Below are positions 56,537 through 64,000 of a stretch of DNA of 64,000 nt, one piece after another. Within the stretch, counting starts at the first letter, position 1; every line of letters starts with the position of its first letter. A program made the position numbers and the translations under genes. Source of the DNA: Selenomonadaceae bacterium. GTDB taxonomy: Bacteria > Bacillota > Negativicutes > Selenomonadales > Selenomonadaceae. The stretch lies in assembly GCA_017428215.1 (NCBI GenBank), contig JAFRRH010000014.1, forward strand, positions 10,112 through 74,111, given 5' to 3'. Under the pieces are notes generated by a model, which made no database searches, was not told the origin of the DNA, and saw nothing but the letters and a program-made list of their open reading frames with translations.

Positions 56537-58675
56537 TTAGAAAGAAGTTCCTACCGTGAAATGGAATCTGCCGCCTTGTGAGCCGCGTCCATAATCTAAA
56601 CGCAATGGACCCATTGGAGTATTGAGCGCGACGCCAAAGCCCACAGAGCCTTTCATATTGCGCGGTCGCAAGCCCGTATCCCACACGCCGCCGAAGTCCG
56701 CAAAGAGTGCGCCTTGAATTTTTTTATACAGCGGGAAACGATATTCAATCGAGCCGAGAATCATTCTATTGCCGCGAAATTGGTCGTCACGATAGCCGCG
56801 CAGAGAACCTTGTCCGCCGATCCTGAATTGGTTAAATTCTGTCATGTCGCCGCGAGCGTAACCGTACATGCCGCGTAACGCCCAAACTTGATCGTGGTCG
56901 CCTGCCACTCTGTAATGTTGATGGTCAATCGAAACTTTTTGGAAGTTAAAATCGCCACCAAAATTGCCAACTTCCAAAGAGAGATTAACTTTATTGCCCG
57001 TCGTCGGCGAATAAATGTTATCGCGAGTATCAGTGACGTGTTCAAGGATAATGGAGCGCGTCAAGCCGAAATTATCATGACGCCATTTTTTCCATTCCGG
57101 AGTATCGCGCCGTCCCACATTGCCGCTTGAAACGTGTCGAACATATTTATCTTTGCGGTTGCGGAACGTGATAAAATTCGTCGAATATTCGCTGACAGGT
57201 CGGCTAAAAGTAAATTCGCCGCCGGAATATCTGCGCATGTATTCTTCTTTAAAATGTCCCCTAGTGTCGTAGTCGTTGTAAGCGTAGGTGCGATTGTAAA
57301 TTTGAATTCTAAACGCGGTCTCGTGACGGTCCATCCACGGGTGGCGGAAAGTAAAGCTATAGCCGTGAGCGTCGGTTTCGTCGCCGCTCTTTTCGTACAT
57401 TACGGCAATCGCATCGCCGCGCCCGCGAAAGTTCGTATCACTTACACTAACCATACCGATAATACCGTCGGAAGTCGAATAGCCCGCGCCTATACCAAAA
57501 GTGCCCGTGCGTTTTTCCTTAACGTTAACTTCCATGATAATCGCATTAGGCTCGATGCCGGGATTCATTTTAATATTAACGTCCTCGAAAAATCCGAGAT
57601 TATAAACACGCTGCATACTGCGTCGCGCCAATTTAGCATTAAACGGCGTGCCGACTTCTTGACGCATTTCGCGCAGAATAACTTTATCCTTAGTCTTCTT
57701 ATTGCCTTTGACGGCGTAGCCTTCCAAAATGCCCTCGTTGATTCTTAAGGTAAGGACGCCTTCCTTGTCAACGTTCATATCGGTAACTTTCATGAGGATA
57801 AAACCTTCGCCGCGATAATCCTCTTGAATTGCCGCAATGTCGTCGTGCAAAGTGTTGCTGTTAAGAATTTCGCCCTTTTTGAGCGTCACAATGGCATCAA
57901 GTTCTTCTTTGGTGTAAAGCGTGTTACCCGTGTAAACTATATCCGTAAGAATCGGATTTTCCAAGACGTGGAAAGTTATAACAATGCCCTCCGGAATTTC
58001 CTCGAAAGTTTGATACGCCTCGTAGAAATATCCCGTGTTGACGAGCGCATTTCTATCGCGCAAAGCCGTCGCCGCGTCGAAAGTATCGCCGACATTTTCA
58101 GTTACGGCAACTTTGACTGTCGGCAATGTTGCTTCACTTGCGCCCTCGAACTCAATATCGACAATAGTTTTGCCCTCGAATTGTTTCATATACTCCAAAA
58201 TCGTCGTGTCGACTTGAGAGCGATAAGGTTCAGGCGTAGTGGGCGTAGTTGGCTCCGTTGTCTCAACCGTCGGCTTTTCGGGCGGAGTAGTATCAATCTT
58301 TGACGTGTCAATTTTTGATGTATCAACCGGCTCGCTCGCGGGCTGTTCAGTTGGTTTAGCTTCGGTTGGTTGAGCTTCAGTCGGTTGAGTTTCAGTTGTA
58401 TCGACGGGTTGCGGCTTAAGTTTTGATTGTTCGGGGTCAACTACCTCGACTTCTGACGAATCGGCGGGTGGTTCCTGCGGCTGTTCTTGCTCCGGTTTTT
58501 TCTCAAGTGGAATATCGACTTCAACAACAGGTGAATCAAATTGTGGGGTGCCGGGATTTGTTCCGAACGGTTCATCAACTATATCTGGGGGAGTTGCCTC
58601 GCCTGTTGCAGACAAAAGCATTAACGCCGCGATTAATGCCGCTCGTCTCCTCCGCAAAAATTTTTTAGCTTTCAA
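56537..58675 (-). CDS. bamA: outer-membrane protein assembly factor BamA/Omp85 with Pro/Thr/Glu-rich N-terminal linker
   Basis: POTRA-like repeats and a C-terminal beta-barrel ending in ...HFTVGTSF. Low-complexity region TEAQPTEAKPTEQ / DTSKIDTSKID. Confidence 0.9.
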   Translation of the reverse strand: MKAKKFLRRRRAALIAALMLLSATGEATPPDIVDEPFGTNPGTPQFDSPVVEVDIPLEKKPEQEQPQEPPADSSEVEVVDPEQSKLKPQPVDTTETQPTEAQPTEAKPTEQPASEPVDTSKIDTSKIDTTPPEKPTVETTEPTTPTTPEPYRSQVDTTILEYMKQFEGKTIVDIEFEGASEATLPTVKVAVTENVGDTFDAATALRDRNALVNTGYFYEAYQTFEEIPEGIVITFHVLENPILTDIVYTGNTLYTKEELDAIVTLKKGEILNSNTLHDDIAAIQEDYRGEGFILMKVTDMNVDKEGVLTLRINEGILEGYAVKGNKKTKDKVILREMRQEVGTPFNAKLARRSMQRVYNLGFFEDVNIKMNPGIEPNAIIMEVNVKEKRTGTFGIGAGYSTSDGIIGMVSVSDTNFRGRGDAIAVMYEKSGDETDAHGYSFTFRHPWMDRHETAFRIQIYNRTYAYNDYDTRGHFKEEYMRRYSGGEFTFSRPVSEYSTNFITFRNRKDKYVRHVSSGNVGRRDTPEWKKWRHDNFGLTRSIILEHVTDTRDNIYSPTTGNKVNLSLEVGNFGGDFNFQKVSIDHQHYRVAGDHDQVWALRGMYGYARGDMTEFNQFRIGGQGSLRGYRDDQFRGNRMILGSIEYRFPLYKKIQGALFADFGGVWDTGLRPRNMKGSVGFGVALNTPMGPLRLDYGRGSQGGRFHFTVGTSF

Positions 58676-58719
58676 AAATAAAATCCTCCTTCTAACAGCT
58701 AAAAGCTAACAGCTATCAG

Positions 58720-61700
58720 CTAGAACTTATATTGCGCTTCAATGCTGAAGATAAAATGTTTTCCCTCTTGCTCAATCGTCAAGCCCATGTTGTCGTTAAA
58801 GTCGTAGTGAATGCCGTAACGATTAACCCTGTGACTGCCAAAACCGTGCGTGTAGCGAATCATGAACTTTTCACCGATATATTTGCCGATTGTAAAGTTA
58901 TAATCTTTGTCGCGATTGTTGCCTTGCTCGCCTGGATTATGGCTTTCAAACATGGAGCCGGAGCCTCTGGAGACGCTAAGTTTGTCAATGCCGAGCGTAC
59001 GTTTCAAGGCGTCTTCGATTTCAGAAAGAACTGTAATTTGCAAGCCGATAGCCAACGCATCAGCTCCCGTCAAATTGTTATCGCCGCCTTTGGAATAAGC
59101 TTCGCGCAAGGTCAGCAACTTGATAATTTCTTCTTGCGACATTTCGGGGCTTGATGTCAAATTTAAGTCCATATTGTTAGGTTGTCCGTTGACTTTTAAG
59201 AAAATTTTCGTGTTAGCGATTTTGGTATCGGCGGCAAAGTGTACCGTCGGCATGAACGAGCCAACTTGATTGAAGTGCGCTTCGCCCTCCCGAATATTAA
59301 ACACTGATTCCAAATAAGTCAAGGTACCGCCGCGCTTAACCTTGATTACGCCAGAAGTTTTCGGTTGATTCGTCGTGCCCTCGAATCGTGCGTTGCCTGT
59401 AAAGTATGCATCCATTTTTATCCCGAAAAAGTTTGGCTCGTAAAAGTGAACTTTATCGCCGAGATTTAACGAAACGTCCAAAAGAATATTCGGTAATGGC
59501 TCGTCATCTGTTGTAATGTCGGGAATGCCGAATCGACATTTGTCGAGATTAATTTGCCCAGATAATTTCGGCAACGTCCAATGATAGAACGTACTTTCGC
59601 TAAAGTTAAAGTTCGCATTTAAAATTCCTTTGAAAACGTTGCTATCAATGTCGAGGTTAACCGCCGCGAAGTCAAAGTTATAATCTTTAAATTCCAAGTC
59701 CCTGAAACTTAAACCACCCGTCAACGCAAAAGTTCCCGATCCGATATTGCCCGAAAAATCTTCTATGTCGAATTGTTCGCCTTTAAACGCCGTCGCAATA
59801 TTTATGTGCTCAATCAAAGTTTTCATGCCCTTAACTTTAATCGAGCCGTCGTTGAGCGAAATTTTTCCGTTGAATTGAGGATTAGCAATCGTGCCGGTAA
59901 TTTTAACTGCGCCGTCGAGGTCGCCGATACCCCACGCTATTTGCTTGCTTAGGACGGGCAACAAACTCAAATCCGCGCCGTCGAGTGATACCGTTAAATC
60001 CAACTGCTCATTGGCGGGCAGATTTTCTTTACTGCGAGCAGTCAAAGCTTTAAACGGAATATAACCTTGCGCACTTGCGCCGTAAGTCTTGCCGCCCAAT
60101 TCGCGTTGTATAGTTAATTCTTCAACATTGACGCGCCAATCTTTTAACAGAAAATGTCCGTGCAAAAGATCGAAAGTCGAACCCCTAATGCCGCCCGTCG
60201 CCGTTAATAGTACCTCGCCAAATGGATTATCAATCGTGCCTTTAAGGTCTGCGACAATATTCGACGTGCCAACCATATCAACATTATAGCCCGCCGCCGC
60301 ACTGAAAATCCCCAGCTCCAAATCCTTAGCAACTAATCTTAAACCAAGTTCGCCGCCCAGATTAGCCGAGCCGTTCAAGTCAAAAGTTCCCTTATCGCCC
60401 TGCTTGCCCTCGAATTGATTGACGTAAACAATATTATGGAGTAATCGCGCGTCAACTTTTACGTCGTGAATGTCATGTCCCGCCAACGTGCCTTTAGAAA
60501 TTTCGCCAGTCAAGGATCCAGTCGGTTTGCTTAAAGTGCCGCTTACCAAAATTTTGCTGTTCAAAGTGCCGTTGAGGAGATCGTTTTTCTGCGCGGCGAT
60601 AATAAACATTCTGCCGATATTAGCGTTGGTTACGTCAATTTCGCCGCTGATGTTTTCGCTTTGAAGATTCATAGAAACTTGCATTTGACAGCTTGCCTCG
60701 CCGTCATGGAAACTAAAATCATCAAGATAAACATTCATGCCGTTAGATTCGAGGTGCCCGTAAACGTCAGTTAGTGCGACGCCGTTCAAAGTAATTTCTT
60801 CCGCTTTAAGTGTGCCGTCGAAAATCGGGACGTCGGGCGTACCCTTTATAGTTCCCTCAAAAATCGTGTGACCTTCAGCGGTATAATTTTCGGGCAATTT
60901 ACTTTTGAAACGCTCAAGCCGAATATCTTTACCTTGAACTACAAAATCCATAACTCGCGTATTTTTATTAATCGTGCCGTTCAAAACCATATCAACCATC
61001 GGCGAAGTAATTTCAAACTCTTGAAGCCGTAAAATATCGCCGTCCAAAAAATAGTCGCCCGTCATGCCGTTTAAGAGGATACCGTTATAACTGCCGCGTT
61101 TGAATTTGATATTGCCGGCGACTTGCGGATTGTCGATTGTGCCAGTGATTTTTACGGTGTTTGAAACGTTGCCGGTAATCGGTTGGTCGGGCGCGACGAG
61201 TGCGGCAATATCTTCCGCCCTAACAGTCGTCGTGTCGAGTTGCAAGTTAATTGTCTTCTCGCCCGTCAAGCTAACTTTGCCTTCAATAATTTTCCACTTA
61301 ATTTGCCCGTCTTTTTCCAAGTCGAATTTATCTATGTTTACGCCGTCAAGACTACCAGACAACGCAAGCTGAATTGAATCAAAAGGTTGCTTAAATAATT
61401 TCCCTACGAAACGTTCGCCCTCGCGTTTAGAGTTGTCAACGGCGGAGAGTTCCAAAGTTACGTTGGGATTGGAGGTGTCGCCTTGAACAGTTCCCTTGAA
61501 GTCGGAAAGCCCGCTCATGTCGAGTTGCTCATTAAATCTTTTCAAAAGAGCCATATCGACGTGTGCGCCGTAAAAATTCAAATTAAGATTATTCATGTCG
61601 AGGATTGTGCCCTCAACGCCCAACGTGCCTTTATTTGGCAAATTCGCGCTAAGGTAGTCAAGCGTCAAATTGTTATCGGCAAAATAAAAAGAGGCGTTCG

Positions 61701-63126
61701 CGTCGCTAACGTAGAAGCCCTCAACGTCAAGCCCCGTAGCACCCGCACTGCCGTAAACTTTAACCTGCGCGAGTTCGGAGGTTTTGCCGTTAATGCCGAC
61801 GTCCGCGAAGAGTTTGCCGTTGACAATTTTATCGGAGCCGCTGAAGTCGCAAAGCGTCGCCGCGTCAAGTCCATTAGCTTTGACGTGTGCATTAAAAGAA
61901 AAATCTTCCGTTTTAATTTCCGCCGTACCAGCGACATTCCCGCCGAAAATATTTGCGCTGGTATCAGTGAGATAAATCATTTCGCCAACATAGCGGAATT
62001 TGGTTGAAATATTTTGCGCGGAAAGGTTTTCATAAGCAAGATAATCGGAATAAATATCGGCATCGACTTGAGGATTTTTGGCAGTGCCGACTAAGTGACC
62101 GCGAACAGAAGCCGCGCCGTCAATGCCAATGTCGCTGATAATGGCGGCGGGCGCAAAACTATCAGATTCGGCGTAGATGTCAAAAAAAGGCTCGTCGGTG
62201 TCGAGTCGAATTGTACCGCTTGCAGAGGCGGATTGTCCGTTAGCAGTAGCGGAGGCGTCTAAAATAATTTCGTGCTCGCTAAAGGTGATGTTGCCGTTAA
62301 TATTTTCAACGTCGGTTTGCTCAACCTTAACAGCCGCACCCTTAACTTGCGTTGAGCCGAGATAAGTCAACGTGTCGTCGCGGTGCAGAACGTGTATAGA
62401 AAATTTTTCTGCCGCGCCGCTCAAAATTTCTACACCGTCGGGAATTTTATCGGCGGGCAAATAGGGCAGAATTTTATCAAAATTAATCGCGTCAACTTCC
62501 GCGTTAATAACTTGTTGCTTTAAGCTTACAGTTCCGGAAGCCGCGACATTCGCGCCCAAAGTTTTAGCGTTGACTTTAGCGGGAATTGCATTCATGTCCG
62601 CGCAGTCCGCCTCTGCAGAAATTTCTTCGACGGAAATTTTTTTCTTGTCAAAGTCTGCATTAATCGTTCCGTGCGTCAAAGAAATTTTCGCGCCGAAAGT
62701 CGACTCGCCCTCGCTCTCAAGCTTAATGTCGTTGACGTTCCAAGACTCGTCGTCGCGTTGCTTAAGATTGAGCGTCGCGCCGTCAAGTTTAATTTCGTCG
62801 AGGGCGGCAACAGGATCATCACGCAAGGCAAGCAATTTAAAACTAATGTCCGTCGTATCGACGCGGGCAATCAATTCGTCCTGCTTATCGAAAATTTCTA
62901 CATCGTGAATTGTTATGTCGCTGTTCTTGTTGCTGTCGAATAAATTTATTTCGTTTAAGTCTACGCTACCAATTTTGACGGGCACGCCCAAAGTTTTGGA
63001 AGCAGTTTCTTCAGCCGTAGTCAAAGCCTTTTCGATAATCGCCGCCCGCTGTGAATTTATATAAAGCCCGCCGCTCAGCGCAACAACTGCTAATATTCCG
63101 CCGAGAATTTTTAAAACTTTTAACAC
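58720..63126 (-). CDS. tamB: TamB/AsmA-like translocation and assembly module protein (DUF490 C-terminus)
   Basis: 1468 aa, N-terminal TM anchor, long repetitive beta-rich body. Sits between tolC and bamA. Confidence 0.85.
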   Translation of the reverse strand: MLKVLKILGGILAVVALSGGLYINSQRAAIIEKALTTAEETASKTLGVPVKIGSVDLNEINLFDSNKNSDITIHDVEIFDKQDELIARVDTTDISFKLLALRDDPVAALDEIKLDGATLNLKQRDDESWNVNDIKLESEGESTFGAKISLTHGTINADFDKKKISVEEISAEADCADMNAIPAKVNAKTLGANVAASGTVSLKQQVINAEVDAINFDKILPYLPADKIPDGVEILSGAAEKFSIHVLHRDDTLTYLGSTQVKGAAVKVEQTDVENINGNITFSEHEIILDASATANGQSASASGTIRLDTDEPFFDIYAESDSFAPAAIISDIGIDGAASVRGHLVGTAKNPQVDADIYSDYLAYENLSAQNISTKFRYVGEMIYLTDTSANIFGGNVAGTAEIKTEDFSFNAHVKANGLDAATLCDFSGSDKIVNGKLFADVGINGKTSELAQVKVYGSAGATGLDVEGFYVSDANASFYFADNNLTLDYLSANLPNKGTLGVEGTILDMNNLNLNFYGAHVDMALLKRFNEQLDMSGLSDFKGTVQGDTSNPNVTLELSAVDNSKREGERFVGKLFKQPFDSIQLALSGSLDGVNIDKFDLEKDGQIKWKIIEGKVSLTGEKTINLQLDTTTVRAEDIAALVAPDQPITGNVSNTVKITGTIDNPQVAGNIKFKRGSYNGILLNGMTGDYFLDGDILRLQEFEITSPMVDMVLNGTINKNTRVMDFVVQGKDIRLERFKSKLPENYTAEGHTIFEGTIKGTPDVPIFDGTLKAEEITLNGVALTDVYGHLESNGMNVYLDDFSFHDGEASCQMQVSMNLQSENISGEIDVTNANIGRMFIIAAQKNDLLNGTLNSKILVSGTLSKPTGSLTGEISKGTLAGHDIHDVKVDARLLHNIVYVNQFEGKQGDKGTFDLNGSANLGGELGLRLVAKDLELGIFSAAAGYNVDMVGTSNIVADLKGTIDNPFGEVLLTATGGIRGSTFDLLHGHFLLKDWRVNVEELTIQRELGGKTYGASAQGYIPFKALTARSKENLPANEQLDLTVSLDGADLSLLPVLSKQIAWGIGDLDGAVKITGTIANPQFNGKISLNDGSIKVKGMKTLIEHINIATAFKGEQFDIEDFSGNIGSGTFALTGGLSFRDLEFKDYNFDFAAVNLDIDSNVFKGILNANFNFSESTFYHWTLPKLSGQINLDKCRFGIPDITTDDEPLPNILLDVSLNLGDKVHFYEPNFFGIKMDAYFTGNARFEGTTNQPKTSGVIKVKRGGTLTYLESVFNIREGEAHFNQVGSFMPTVHFAADTKIANTKIFLKVNGQPNNMDLNLTSSPEMSQEEIIKLLTLREAYSKGGDNNLTGADALAIGLQITVLSEIEDALKRTLGIDKLSVSRGSGSMFESHNPGEQGNNRDKDYNFTIGKYIGEKFMIRYTHGFGSHRVNRYGIHYDFNDNMGLTIEQEGKHFIFSIEAQYKF

Positions 63127-63159
63127 GGCGAAACTCCTTTCAGGTCAAGTGTGCGCTAC

Positions 63160-64000
63160 TCATTGCTGGAAGGGAGTATTGTTGGTGTCGTCGCTCGGTG
63201 TCGCCTCAGAATTTTCACGTTCCGCGAATTGTTGAGCCTCGCCAGAAAGTTCGCGTTCGACGCTCTCGGAAGGCAACGGCGACGAATTTTCAAAATCAAT
63301 CAATACGACCGGCGCAACTTCACCAGTCTCCGGAACAGCGGCGGATTCACTTGTCAAGGCGGCGTCTTCGCGGGATTGTGCAGCTGTCTTGCCTTCCTTT
63401 TCGGATTCAACATAGCGCACAACATCAAGCGTTACGGGAACGCCCATATACCTATCAAGCGACGCCTTAGCAGTATTGTAATTATAAAGTGCAGTAAAAT
63501 AATTGGAACGCGCCTCTGTCAATTTGCGGGAAGCGTCCATAACGTCGAGATTGGTGCCGACACCCGCCGCATATCGAACTTGCGCAATTTTATAGTTCTC
63601 TTCGCCGAGAACAACCGCCACTTGAGTTGTAGCGATATTTCTTTCTGCCGCGTGAAGGTCTAGGAACGCCGATTGAACGTCAAGCTGAACTTGCTCACGG
63701 GTTTGGGCGGCGACTTCTTGCGCACGAATGAGAGCCGCGTCTGCTTGATTGACTTGCGCACGAGTTATGCCGCCGTCAAAGATATTCCAACTTGCGCTGA
63801 CTCCAATCGACCACTGATCGTTTGTCTTGTGCCCGAACATATTTTCCGTATCAATTTCTTTGGAAATGCCCGCGTTGACAGATGGATACCAGCCTGACTT
63901 GGCAGATTTTTTTGCGGATTCGGCTTGCTTGACGGCATAATCAGCCACTGCGACATCTGCACGATTCTCCAAAGCATAAGCCGTACAATCGCCCAAGTTC
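63160..64000 (-). CDS. tolC: TolC-family outer-membrane channel (C-terminal part; gene continues beyond right edge) with acidic ~90-aa tail
   Basis: Second TolC repeat pattern (WNIFDGG.., Q..LDV...F, AKASLDRYMG). Confidence 0.85.
   Translation of the reverse strand, partial: NLGDCTAYALENRADVAVADYAVKQAESAKKSAKSGWYPSVNAGISKEIDTENMFGHKTNDQWSIGVSASWNIFDGGITRAQVNQADAALIRAQEVAAQTREQVQLDVQSAFLDLHAAERNIATTQVAVVLGEENYKIAQVRYAAGVGTNLDVMDASRKLTEARSNYFTALYNYNTAKASLDRYMGVPVTLDVVRYVESEKEGKTAAQSREDAALTSESAAVPETGEVAPVVLIDFENSSPLPSESVERELSGEAQQFAERENSEATPSDDTNNTPFQQ

Noticed and set aside
57134-57748. 204-aa plus-strand ORF
   Set aside because: It is antisense to bamA. The same applies to the many 60-170-aa ORFs on the plus strand within tamB, on either strand within the double-GT2 gene, and to 20816..21361 within yifB.
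58676-58722. Short direct repeats AGCTGTTAG / AGCTGATAG between tamB and bamA
   Set aside because: There are only about 2.5 copies of a 9-13-nt unit in a 44-nt spacer that also holds the bamA RBS. This is too short to separate from chance, so no function is proposed.

Overview
Bacterial chromosomal window, mostly tightly packed housekeeping operons. Firmicute-type markers (ireB, ylqD-rimM-trmD, the DUF1292-ruvX-mltG-U32 block, SEC-C MetAP) sit next to an outer-membrane biogenesis block (tolC-tamB-bamA, 56.5-64 kb), so I infer a diderm Firmicute (Negativicutes-like). No rRNA, tRNA, CRISPR array or transposase was seen. Recognisable core genes: deoB, glf, rpsO, queC, map, a family-5 ABC substrate-binding protein, yifB/comM, cca, guaB, bioY-bioD, rsmI, metG, cbiE, efp, pepP, aroQ and two acylphosphatases. 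Unusual content, in order: (1) 1-570, a tandem Fst/PepA1-like type I toxin module. It has a 26-aa ORF absent from the ORF track, an SD-sequestering leader, and a convergent antisense sRNA sharing a bidirectional terminator. (2) 7.7-11 kb, two paralogous free-standing HNH endonuclease cassettes with tandem zinc-ribbon arrays and a conserved promoter/leader, each convergent with small unknown plus-strand ORFs. (3) 11-15 kb, an IIA(Gut)-SDR fusion with an in-frame TAA, an orphan half-size hsdS with an in-frame TAG, and a GmrSD-type (DUF262-DUF1524) type IV restriction gene. (4) Glycan genes scattered across the window: glf, an FkbM methyltransferase, a double-GT2 protein with a coiled coil, a TagB/TagF-like transferase, and a WbdD-like methyltransferase-kinase whose coiled-coil tail is made of 102-bp tandem repeats. 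(5) Rearrangement scars: a chimeric esterase-3'/cca-5' junction at 29.3-29.5 kb and a ~220-bp tandem duplication over two convergent gene ends at 39.7-40.1 kb. (6) 41.3-46 kb, a decayed secreted C11 (clostripain-like) peptidase followed by five small signal-peptide genes. Two of these encode DnaJ-type CxxCxGxG zinc-finger proteins that are out of frame at a G6 and an A8 tract. All functional calls rest on motif recognition by eye. No database search was run.
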